Origin: a virus
UHGV virus genome: UHGV-0211075
DNA: 40,586 bases
Direction: 5' to 3' (one strand)
Part shown: positions 16,933-25,074 of the stretch, piece by piece
Layout of the letters: each line of letters begins with the position of its first letter
Position numbering within the stretch: position 1 is the stretch's first letter
Made by a program: the position numbers and the translations under genes
The notes under the pieces: generated by a model
Told to the model about the DNA's origin: nothing
Seen by the model: only the letters and a program-made list of their open reading frames with translations
The model's database searches: none

Positions 16933-17244
16933 TTAGTACCCCGTGGAATCGCCGTCAGTGATTGCGGAAATCGCTGTAGTAATCGCCGCGTCCGCTTCAG
17001 ACTTAGTGTAGTAGTTAGAGAGATCTACCGACGCACCAGAAACCGCGGAGGCTACTTTGCTGTCAACCTCAGCCTTGGTGTAGGCGTCCGTGATGCCGTA
17101 GCCCGCGAGCGTTGTGGCTTTCTTCGCGTACTCCGCGAGTGCTGAAGAGAGAGCATAGTTATCGAGCTCCGCCTCAATCGTTGACTTGCACGCATTAAGC
17201 GCTTCTTTGACCTTTGCTTTGAGGTCTATAAAAGTTACCGTCAT
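16933..17244 (-). CDS. Tail-fibre repeat protein
   Basis: TTLAGYGITDAYTK and DLSNYYTKSE repeats. Confidence 0.7.
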   Translation of the reverse strand: MTVTFIDLKAKVKEALNACKSTIEAELDNYALSSALAEYAKKATTLAGYGITDAYTKAEVDSKVASAVSGASVDLSNYYTKSEADAAITTAISAITDGDSTGY

Positions 17245-17246
17245 AG

Positions 17247-18350
17247 TTACACTCCTTTGATGAATTCATCGCATGCCTCGTAAATCGAGGTCATGAATGA
17301 GTTGAAAACTTCGACTGTGGTATAGGATTCGGGGGCTATTGATGCGGCTTTCTCTGCACTCGCCTTGGCTTGCGTTGCGAAGCCTTCCGCCGCCGATGCC
17401 TGGGTGGTAGCTGTTGCCGCAGAGGCGCTTGCCGCGGTTTTGGACGCCGCCGCCGATACTGAAGAAGACTGTGCCGCGTTCGCTGAATCAGACGCCGATT
17501 CTGCCGATGCCGCCGCATTCGATTCACTTGAAGCCGCGGCAGTCTGGGACGCTTTCGCCGCGGTTGCAGATTTGCTGGCCGCAGTTGCGCTAGCAGAAGC
17601 CGCGCTCACAGAGGCATCAACGGCATCCGTTGCCGTCTTCTGAGCCGCTTGAACCGCAGAAACGGACGTCTTCTGAGCATTGCCAACAGCCTCAACCGCC
17701 GCGTCTTTGGCATCAGAAATGGCCTGCTTGCCATCGCTGATGGTCGAGGAAGCCGAAGCCGCGCTTGCCGCCGCATTGTCAGCATATGTCTTGGCGTTCT
17801 TTTCGCTCGTCTTGATTGCGTCAAGGATATCCTGAGCCTGAGCCTTGACGTAATTCGCTTGCTCGCCGCCAGTGGCATCGAGCTGAGCAATCAACTCTTC
17901 GAGCTTCGTTTGAAGAGATGCCTTGCCCGCCTCAATGTCGCTGTTGACAGCTTCGCCCTTGGCGGTGATGGAGGAAACCTGCTTGCTCCCCTCATCCTGA
18001 ATCTGCTTGATCTTCTCAGCAGTTTCAGAAACAACGCCATTTGCCGCAGCTTCCGCGCGATCAGCCGCAGCCTCAGCCTGATTCTTGAAGGCCTCGGCTC
18101 TAGAAGCCCGTTCCTTGAAATCCGCGAAGACATCAGCGAGCTGATGTAGATTTGTGATGGACGGCTCAAGGCCAGCCTGCTCGATCACGGCCATGAATTC
18201 TTCCGTGATCATGTGATACCAGTAGGCGCCGATCACAGTAGGCATCTTCTTCGTTGCCTTGTTGCCGTCCTGAGGGTATTGCGTAGTGATCGGATTTTTG
18301 GGCGGAGAAGGCGGCGTGTCAGATGCGTCTGAGTAATAAAGTCTCTTCAT
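17247..18350 (-). CDS. Ala/Ser-rich tail-fibre-like protein
   Basis: N-terminus resembles that of 18610..19362; Stf-like AAAS repeats; GAGG RBS at ATG 18350. Confidence 0.75.
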   Translation of the reverse strand: MKRLYYSDASDTPPSPPKNPITTQYPQDGNKATKKMPTVIGAYWYHMITEEFMAVIEQAGLEPSITNLHQLADVFADFKERASRAEAFKNQAEAAADRAEAAANGVVSETAEKIKQIQDEGSKQVSSITAKGEAVNSDIEAGKASLQTKLEELIAQLDATGGEQANYVKAQAQDILDAIKTSEKNAKTYADNAAASAASASSTISDGKQAISDAKDAAVEAVGNAQKTSVSAVQAAQKTATDAVDASVSAASASATAASKSATAAKASQTAAASSESNAAASAESASDSANAAQSSSVSAAASKTAASASAATATTQASAAEGFATQAKASAEKAASIAPESYTTVEVFNSFMTSIYEACDEFIKGV

Positions 18351-18358
18351 CTTTACCT

Positions 18359-18481
18359 CTAAAAGAAAATGCTTTTCATCTTCTCGGCAATAAGCAGGAT
18401 CCCGTAAGCGAGAACAAAGATCGTCACTCCCCACCGCAGCACTCGCAGATAAGCAGGAAGTTCCTTGTCTGGCTTCATCAT
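18359..18481 (-). CDS. 40-aa membrane protein (not in ORF track)
   Basis: GAGG RBS; MMKPDKELPAYLRVLRWGVTIFVLAYGILLIAEKMKSIFF; an in-frame ATG also at 18532. Confidence 0.65.
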   Translation of the reverse strand: MMKPDKELPAYLRVLRWGVTIFVLAYGILLIAEKMKSIFF

Positions 18482-18556
18482 GGCCTCTCTCAGCGGCAGA
18501 AGTGCCGCCAGCACGGGTATAATTTCATTCATCGGGAACCGTTTCTTCTCGATAAC

Positions 18557-18592
18557 AAAAACCCCGCTCAGATGGCCGTCTGGGCGGGGCTT
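18557..18592. terminator. Hairpin with CAGATG-G-CCGTCTG core
   Basis: AAAAACCCCGCTCAGATGGCCGTCTGGGCGGGGCTT; related to 21591-21627. Confidence 0.75.
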
Positions 18593-18609
18593 GTCTTTCT
18601 ACTAAAAGC

Positions 18610-19362
18610 TTAAATATGAATGCACGGGAGCAAAACAAGAGCCGGAGGCTGCACTGTGCCTGACCGTCCATAAATCCCGTTGGAGCGAGAGGCGTCGAAG
18701 TGATACCGCCCCTCATCACCGCCGGATCCGCCCTTCAGACCACGGCTTGTGACATCTGACACGTAGAAAGAACCGTCTGCCGAGGCGTTCCCACGAGTCC
18801 AGTTCAGGAAGGTGCCGGTAATGTTCGGAAGGCCGGCGCTTCTCTGCTCGCCAACGTTGCTCTGCCCGCCCCACACCGTCTTGTCGATCAGATATGGCAG
18901 ATTGAATGTCGTGCTCCCGTTACCCGAGCCATATTTGGTCCCGATCACAGAGAACAGGTTCGCGTAGGCCGAACGGCTCACCGCCTGGCCGTTGCATATC
19001 AACCAGTTTGCGTTCGGAGAAGAAGAAGTAGGAAAGAACATGATGGCGCCGGAGGGAACCACTTCAACTTGAGCAACTTTTGCCTGGATCTGGGCAACAG
19101 CGTCTGTCAGAGCCTGATTCACAGTCTTGATTTGGGCTTTGATAGCTGCGTCAAGCTGAGCATTGTCGTGCCGGTCCGGCGTGATGCCGCCGCCCTTGAT
19201 CGCATTGATCAGCTCCATCATGACCGCGTTGTACCAGATCGCACCTGGGATGGTCGACGCTATACCGCCACCGGACGATCCGTCTGTCGGATATCCCGGG
19301 TCAACGTCATCGGGCACGTTGGGCGCGTTCTGCACGGCGCCGGAAAGGAAAATCCTGTCCAT
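18610..19362 (-). CDS. Tail fibre protein with collar domain
   Basis: GYPTDG..PGAIWYN N-terminus; WLICNGQAVSRSAYANLF..GNGSTTFNLP. Confidence 0.88.
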   Translation of the reverse strand: MDRIFLSGAVQNAPNVPDDVDPGYPTDGSSGGGIASTIPGAIWYNAVMMELINAIKGGGITPDRHDNAQLDAAIKAQIKTVNQALTDAVAQIQAKVAQVEVVPSGAIMFFPTSSSPNANWLICNGQAVSRSAYANLFSVIGTKYGSGNGSTTFNLPYLIDKTVWGGQSNVGEQRSAGLPNITGTFLNWTRGNASADGSFYVSDVTSRGLKGGSGGDEGRYHFDASRSNGIYGRSGTVQPPALVLLPCIHI

Positions 19363-19985
19363 TACGCATTGTCTCCTTCAAAACTGTAGTATCCGAAGTA
19401 CAACTCGGTGTGGGCCGGCTTGTAGCGCTGAATCAGGCACTCAATAAGCCTGTCTCCCCACCACGCGAGCGCCTCGTTTACCGGGCCAAGCGTGGTGTGA
19501 TACCCCATGACGGACCCGGCTCCGGTCATCACGTCTACTCGCCAGACGTGCCTCCAGTTCTCGCCGCAGACCGCATCCATTGAGGTGGACTGAACGGAGT
19601 GCTGGCGGAACTCATCAATGACGATTCGATACCCAAACATTTCGGCCAGCTCAAAGAAGTAGGACCGATCCTGTCTGCCAATGTTCTTGATCTTGTACAT
19701 GAGCAATGTGCGCAGCGTCGTCTGATTGGCACTGGACCAGGCTCGAATGCAGTCGTCAGGCAATCCCCAGTCGTCCAGCCAGTTCTCAAACGTCTCCACC
19801 GCGAAGCGAGGATCAGCTTCCCGCATCAGCGCCCGCACCCGGGAATCAACGCGGCTGAACTCCTCGGCCCAAACCTCGATCATCATTCCCATGAGGGATG
19901 TAGCATCACCCCTCGGCCACGCTGGGCCCGGAGGAAGAAGCTGCTTTAGCATCCGGGAATACTCTTTCTGCGTCGTCAGTTCCAT
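19362..19985 (-). CDS. Baseplate protein, YmfQ/DUF2313 (Mu gp48-like)
   Basis: LLPPGPAW...WGLPD...ECLIQRYKPAHT. Confidence 0.88.
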   Translation of the reverse strand: MELTTQKEYSRMLKQLLPPGPAWPRGDATSLMGMMIEVWAEEFSRVDSRVRALMREADPRFAVETFENWLDDWGLPDDCIRAWSSANQTTLRTLLMYKIKNIGRQDRSYFFELAEMFGYRIVIDEFRQHSVQSTSMDAVCGENWRHVWRVDVMTGAGSVMGYHTTLGPVNEALAWWGDRLIECLIQRYKPAHTELYFGYYSFEGDNA

Positions 19986-21013
19986 GTGATCGTCCCCAGC
20001 GTGAGAAGCTCATTTGTTCCCGCTGTCGGGTTGGCAGTCGGAGACACGAGGACATGGTCAACCTCTCCCGCCGCGGCTGAAATGGCCGCTCTTATGTGCG
20101 AAAGATAGATGCTCCTCGAGGGTTCGCTCTCCTTCATGAACAGGTCCTTAAGCTCGGCTTCAACCGCCGCCCTGACGTCAGACGTGTCCGGGGTGAGCGT
20201 GCTGATTTCGATATTGACCGCCTTGAGCGTCGGACCCATGACGGTTACGTCAGCCGTCACCGGGCGTTTTGAATCGATATAGGACTGAACCTGCTTCACC
20301 ATTTCTGACGTCGGGGAAATGTCTGCCAAATCGTCGCAGACAAACCTCACAACTACTGTTCCGTCCCCATTTTCAAGCGGATAGCACCAGGCTCTTGTCA
20401 CTCCCGGTACAGCCAGGGCCCACTGGACATAGTCAGACGAAGTACCTCCATGCGGCGTTTCCCGCTGCCGTGCAAGAACACGGGCTCGCAGGTTTTCGTC
20501 GTCCTCCGCATCAGCGCCCCCCGCAATACCTTGGGACTCAGCCTCGGAAATAACGCCTTCGATTGGCGAGATCAGCGTGAGCGTATCGCCGGATTCGATG
20601 TTGCCCGCTTCTCCCGCCACCAGGGCCTCAACGGAGGCAACACCCTCCGCATTCGGAGCGACCGTCACCTGGAACTGCTGCTCGTCTCCGCCCTGCAGAA
20701 TTGTCCCTACGGGTATGTTCACAACGCCGTCCTGAAAGCTGAATTTCACCGTTCCAGAGGCTTTTGAAGCGGCCTTTCTTGTGATCCCGAAGATTGAAGC
20801 ATGGCGGTCGAGATGCTCGGAGTCCGCCGTGTCGACGAAAATCTGTTTGGAGACGTACTCAATGAAGCCGTGCAGCTCATGGCTCGCTCCTGCCAGCACC
20901 CGGCTGTAAACGGTCGCATTGCTTCTGCGCACCTGCGGAACGCTCAGGCGCGACTGGATTCCCGAGCTTATGCGGGAAATCAGCTCCCGCAGTGTTGGTC
21001 TAACAAATGCCAT
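19976..21013 (-). CDS. Baseplate J-like protein (Mu gp47)
   Basis: FVDTAD.EHLDRHA, GGADAE, GGTSSDYVQWA..VPGVTRAW. Confidence 0.92.
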   Translation of the reverse strand: MAFVRPTLRELISRISSGIQSRLSVPQVRRSNATVYSRVLAGASHELHGFIEYVSKQIFVDTADSEHLDRHASIFGITRKAASKASGTVKFSFQDGVVNIPVGTILQGGDEQQFQVTVAPNAEGVASVEALVAGEAGNIESGDTLTLISPIEGVISEAESQGIAGGADAEDDENLRARVLARQRETPHGGTSSDYVQWALAVPGVTRAWCYPLENGDGTVVVRFVCDDLADISPTSEMVKQVQSYIDSKRPVTADVTVMGPTLKAVNIEISTLTPDTSDVRAAVEAELKDLFMKESEPSRSIYLSHIRAAISAAAGEVDHVLVSPTANPTAGTNELLTLGTITWN

Positions 21014-21429
21014 CATTCGCTCCAAATGTCTTGAAACCTCATGCCGATCAGGTCTGCGCCGCTCGGTTTCTGAATCGTAACCGTTAGATTCAGCTGGTCG
21101 GCACCTCCCCGTTCTGCGGAAACGTCTACGCTTTTGGCAATGCCGTCATCGATCATCCACTGCAGCGCCGCCGCGGCGTAGTCTTGAGCTTTAAGCAGCG
21201 TCTCCTGTGTCACCTTCGCTCGAGACAGCAGCCAAAGCTTCGATCCGAAATGGTCGCCCGTGTCATCCGCATAGGTGTCGCCCCACCAGCCCTGCTTCGA
21301 GTCCCCTGGGAGCTCGTCTGAATCCGAAGCCCGCGCCCATGAAAAAAGGCTGTTGTACACAGCCCTTCGCAAATCGTCATCGCAGAAATCTGAGAGCGTT
21401 GATTCAACGCCGTTGAGCATCAGAATCAT
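21013..21429 (-). CDS. Mu gp46-like baseplate protein
   Basis: SLFSWARA...GWWGD...GSKLWLLSRAK...ALQWMIDDG. Confidence 0.88.
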   Translation of the reverse strand: MILMLNGVESTLSDFCDDDLRRAVYNSLFSWARASDSDELPGDSKQGWWGDTYADDTGDHFGSKLWLLSRAKVTQETLLKAQDYAAAALQWMIDDGIAKSVDVSAERGGADQLNLTVTIQKPSGADLIGMRFQDIWSE

Positions 21430-21590
21430 TTGACCAAGCTCCACGAAAAGGACGCGGCGACCATCACCAGACAGACGATAAAGACCCACGGAAGGACTCT
21501 TCCCCACAGCCGAAGCTTTTGATCCGGGTCCAGAAGTTTCATGATCACCATTGCTATAATTTCCAGCGCCCTCAATACGATTGAGGTCAT
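21426..21590 (-). CDS. Small membrane protein, 38-54 aa (not in ORF track)
   Basis: MKLLDPDQKLRLWGRVLPWVFIVCLVMVAASFSWSLVK from 21542 (upstream ATGs at 21551 and 21590); stop overlaps gp46 start as ATGA. Confidence 0.62.
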   Translation of the reverse strand: MTSIVLRALEIIAMVIMKLLDPDQKLRLWGRVLPWVFIVCLVMVAASFSWSLVK

Positions 21591-21627
21591 AAAAAAGCCC
21601 AGCCAGATGCCCGTCTGACTGGGTTTT
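21591..21627. terminator. Bidirectional hairpin with CAGATG-C-CCGTCTG core
   Basis: A6-GCCCAGCCAGATGCCCGTCTGACTGGG-T4. Confidence 0.75.
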
Positions 21628-21656
21628 ACTTTTCCTCGGCGGTAAAGAGCGCAGAT

Positions 21657-21809
21657 TTACCGCATGAAATAAGAAACGCAAAAAATCACGCCTACAAGCA
21701 GAACAACAAAGATAAATACCGTCACGCCACCAGCCACAAAGCCTTTGGCAAAAATCTTCATAAAAAGTCTTTGCGCTTCATCTTCTGCCAGTTTGTCGTA
21801 ATCAATCAT
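21657..21809 (-). CDS. 50-aa small protein with C-terminal TM
   Basis: GAGGTG RBS; MIDYDKLAEDEAQRLFMKIFAKGFVAGGVTVFIFVVLLVGVIFCVSYFMR. Confidence 0.72.
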   Translation of the reverse strand: MIDYDKLAEDEAQRLFMKIFAKGFVAGGVTVFIFVVLLVGVIFCVSYFMR

Positions 21810-21816
21810 CTTCACC

Positions 21817-22350
21817 TCACATCTTTTGATCCGGGCTAACGCCGCCGTTATGCGTATGTCCGTTGTAGGTGTCCCTGATACTCTGCATCCGGCCCTTCGA
21901 GTCGTAAATCTGGGCCTTGCCATGAATGTCCCCATTCACGATCAGCTTTCCCGTGACTGTGGTCTCAGGAGCGTCAATCGTCACAGAACCAGAACTCTTT
22001 ACTGTCACCGGCGAATCCTTGCCCTCGACAACGATCCCGGATCGGGAGAAGTAAACCTTTCGCCCCAGATCATCGAAAACGCAAACTTCGCCGTCCTTGA
22101 GCCCCGTGGGGCGGTAGCGTCGGTCGGTGATGCAGAATGCGATCGTGTGCTCTCTGTCTCCGGCAAGGGATGCGGCAAGCACCTCGGCTCCTGTCTTGGC
22201 CTCAGAGGTGAATCCATACGGTTCAAAATGCTCGACATCGTCCCTCAGGTCATCGGCGAAGAGCTGAACCTGCACCGTCCGCATCTTTCGGGCGGCGTTC
22301 TTCGCCATCAGAACACCCCTTGTAATCAGATCAATCAAACCGCTGCTCAT
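21817..22350 (-). CDS. Baseplate spike (Mu gp45/gpV-like)
   Basis: EHFEPYGFTS, DRRYRP.GL..GEV, C-terminal YNGHTH. Confidence 0.92.
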   Translation of the reverse strand: MSSGLIDLITRGVLMAKNAARKMRTVQVQLFADDLRDDVEHFEPYGFTSEAKTGAEVLAASLAGDREHTIAFCITDRRYRPTGLKDGEVCVFDDLGRKVYFSRSGIVVEGKDSPVTVKSSGSVTIDAPETTVTGKLIVNGDIHGKAQIYDSKGRMQSIRDTYNGHTHNGGVSPDQKM

Positions 22351-23477
22351 AATCGTCCGGACCCCGCTTTGGCTAAGAATGTCGTTCCCTTTGGCGCCTT
22401 CTTCGCTGCGTTCTTCGCTACGTTCTTCTTGCTCTTCTCTATTTCAGGAAGGTCCGTGATCAAAAACGCGTTCTTGTCTTTGAGAGTGAGTTCCGTGGTA
22501 GACCCGCCGGAATTGCTGAGACGAAACGAAATTTTGGCTATCAGCAAATCCTGCTCGACATCGAGCATCGGATCGACAACGCGCACGAGACTGTTTATTT
22601 TCCACAGGTCACCGTTGCTCTGCCTCCAGCCCTGAACGCTGTAAGTGAGAACATCCGCATTGCCTACAGAGTTCGTTGCCAAAAGACCGGCACGGGCCTG
22701 CAGTTCCGCGGCGGTACGGTTTCCAGACTGCTCCGTTACGCTCCATCGTTCTCTCGGGAAATAATCGTTATCTGAGTAGCCATTAACGGCGTTTCCTGGT
22801 TTTGTTTTTTCGCTTTTCGGATCCGTGCTTTGCCCAATTACGACATAATGCTTAAATACGTTAGAAACATCGTGATTTCTTTTACCAGACAAAACATTAA
22901 CGCCAAATTTCAAATCATCTGTTGCATGGCCGTTTGATCCCGAGGCGCAAACAACAAGGTTCCCGTTTTCATCATCACAAATTAAAAGCGAATGGTTTCT
23001 TAAAATTTTTAACAACCCTTCACTTATTGTTTCATGCGTTGAAAAATCAACAGTTGTTGCCGTATCTGTTTCTGCATGCTGAGTAAAAGCTGAAATCCCA
23101 TAATAGCCAGCGATTGTTTTAATTATTATAAATATATTTGTATTTACCCATTTGTGTGGTTTTCCAAATGGGATACAGCATTCTTCCAAATCAATAGTTT
23201 TGCTTTTAATGCATATAGATATATTTACAGTTTTATCTGTGTAAGAAACCTCTTTTGAAATTATATAGCCTGTTAAAACAGTATTATCGCCAATTTTCAC
23301 AACTGCAGACAGTCCGTTTTCAATTCCCTTACATAAACTTGCGGACCTTGATTGCCTTGTAGCGGTTAACTGGCACCCACGGGCAAAAGAATTAAAACTA
23401 ATATCTATTTGAACGAAATCCCATCCCGTATATTTTTTACCGCTAACGAAAAGGGTAACGATATTGGTTTTATCCAT
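22347..23477 (-). CDS. Baseplate hub (Mu gpP/gp44-like)
   Basis: YTGW, SKTIDL, DDENGNLV, VQGWRQSNGDLWKIN; position. Confidence 0.85.
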   Translation of the reverse strand: MDKTNIVTLFVSGKKYTGWDFVQIDISFNSFARGCQLTATRQSRSASLCKGIENGLSAVVKIGDNTVLTGYIISKEVSYTDKTVNISICIKSKTIDLEECCIPFGKPHKWVNTNIFIIIKTIAGYYGISAFTQHAETDTATTVDFSTHETISEGLLKILRNHSLLICDDENGNLVVCASGSNGHATDDLKFGVNVLSGKRNHDVSNVFKHYVVIGQSTDPKSEKTKPGNAVNGYSDNDYFPRERWSVTEQSGNRTAAELQARAGLLATNSVGNADVLTYSVQGWRQSNGDLWKINSLVRVVDPMLDVEQDLLIAKISFRLSNSGGSTTELTLKDKNAFLITDLPEIEKSKKNVAKNAAKKAPKGTTFLAKAGSGRL

Positions 23478-23505
23478 AAAAAAAACGCACCATTTCTGGT
23501 GCGCC
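23478..23505 (-). terminator. Terminator directly before the hub start codon
   Basis: GCGCACCAGAAATGGTGCG followed by T8 and ATG on minus strand. Confidence 0.65.
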
Positions 23506-23527
23506 CTTAAAGCCAAAGGAAACTATT

Positions 23528-23851
23528 TCACTTGTGGATCAAAACCGTATCTCCAGTTTGATCATCTCGCAACTCTATTTGGTCGTTAATGTTTTTACCA
23601 AGATAGGTGTATGTTTTTGGCCTATTCGTAACCGCAGATTCTACTTTTTGAGTGGAACTGTTTGAGTTTGATTCCTTCGTGCCATTGTATACATACTTTG
23701 GACAAACCTTTAAAGGAACGCGTTCCATACCAACAATGACCTTTTCCCCAGCAGAATTTATTTTATAAATCCCTCTATAAGTGGAACAGGCAAACGCATT
23801 CGCGCTTAAGAGTACCCCCAGCACAGCAGCAACAGCAAGGATCTTTTTCAT
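23528..23851 (-). CDS. Secreted moron protein
   Basis: Signal peptide MKKILAVAAVLGVLLSANAFA; AT-rich. Confidence 0.78.
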   Translation of the reverse strand: MKKILAVAAVLGVLLSANAFACSTYRGIYKINSAGEKVIVGMERVPLKVCPKYVYNGTKESNSNSSTQKVESAVTNRPKTYTYLGKNINDQIELRDDQTGDTVLIHK

Positions 23852-23856
23852 GGCAG

Positions 23857-25074
23857 TCACCTGCTCAAAAGCTTCAGCTCCCTGGCGGGGACGAACCCGC
23901 CATGCCGGATGCCGTTGCGGTCGATAATCTCTTTCTCCCTGGCGGCATCCTCATAAAAATTATAGGCAACCACGAGGGCCGGCTGCACTTCCGGAGGTGT
24001 AACAGTTATTAACCGAGCCGAGTCCTGGGCCCGGGTCGTCATATCATCCGATACTGCCGCGCGAGCATTTTCGAGCGCAAGATAAACATCGTCGCTTTCT
24101 GTCTCCAGCATCTCGGCATCAAGAGCGGCAAGAACCTGATCGCGAATAGCGATCATGTCCTCGTAGGCTATGCCGCCTTCTGCCGTGTCTTCGTCACCGC
24201 CAACCTTAGCCGATGCCGAAACGGCCTCAGCAAGCAGCGTCTGACGAGCAAGCGACTGGAGGGTTGAAGACTGGGCCGTCGTTCTCGCTTCTTCATCTGA
24301 AACCTGCCCCGTCTGATAATCGTTGTTCATGCCGTCCGATCTAACCAGACGACTCAAAAGCCTCGTCACCCGCCTCCAGTTGTTGACGCTGTAAGCCAGT
24401 CTCGAATATCCGAAAGCATCCGCCACCGTCTTGGCAAACACCTCAACATCGCTGCTCACAAGGGAAATCGCCTTGGCTGACAGCTCCGACATTTCATCAG
24501 ACACGGAAAACAGCCGGCAGAGCTCCTTGTAGTCGCTGAGCTCGAAGAACTTCGAAAGGTTCCCTGTGACAGCCGCCTTCACGAAGTCCTGAGCGCCGGA
24601 AAGATCAAACTTATCTAGAAATGCGTCCAGGGCGCTCTGCTTCAGAGTTTCAGACGCCGAAGCGCTTACCGCAGCTGTGTCGTTCGACGATGTCGGGAAA
24701 ACATAGTCCCCGGACTCGACGAAAACGAGCTCGGCGGACGAAAACCCGAGCTTGGTCGTCGAATACGTGACCTTGGTCGTCGCCTTCGGCGTCACCGTCA
24801 TGCTGCCAAGCATCGGGTGGACGAGGACGCCGGAACCCTCCTGCTCCATCGCCTCAAGCAGGCGGTTCATGCCGGTGATGTACTCAGGTCCGGCGAAAAC
24901 AGCTGTCAGCGTGATTTCGCGAGCGCTTTTGCCAAGGTCTTCGACAAACGGCTTGTCGCGCTGCGGGTATTCAAACACATGCGTCCGGCGGCCAATCGTG
25001 AGCGTGCTCGCCGTTGCGTTGAACGGCACGCCCCGGAAAGATGCCGGCCAAAGCTTTTCTTCAAAAGTAGCCAT
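23857..25074 (-). CDS. DNA circularization protein (Mu gpN-like)
   Basis: ASFRGVPF, GRR..VFEYPQRDKPFVEDLG, LVHP.LG, IRHGGFVP. Confidence 0.92.
   Translation of the reverse strand: MATFEEKLWPASFRGVPFNATASTLTIGRRTHVFEYPQRDKPFVEDLGKSAREITLTAVFAGPEYITGMNRLLEAMEQEGSGVLVHPMLGSMTVTPKATTKVTYSTTKLGFSSAELVFVESGDYVFPTSSNDTAAVSASASETLKQSALDAFLDKFDLSGAQDFVKAAVTGNLSKFFELSDYKELCRLFSVSDEMSELSAKAISLVSSDVEVFAKTVADAFGYSRLAYSVNNWRRVTRLLSRLVRSDGMNNDYQTGQVSDEEARTTAQSSTLQSLARQTLLAEAVSASAKVGGDEDTAEGGIAYEDMIAIRDQVLAALDAEMLETESDDVYLALENARAAVSDDMTTRAQDSARLITVTPPEVQPALVVAYNFYEDAAREKEIIDRNGIRHGGFVPARELKLLSR

Noticed and set aside
16198..19362. Diversity-generating retroelement or invertible fibre segment
   Set aside because: No reverse transcriptase, no invertase, and I saw no template/variable repeat pair or flanking inverted repeats
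18566..21618. CAGATG-S-CCGTCTG as a Neisseria DNA uptake sequence
   Set aside because: Neither copy matches GCCGTCTGAA exactly, there are only two, and both are explained as hairpin cores
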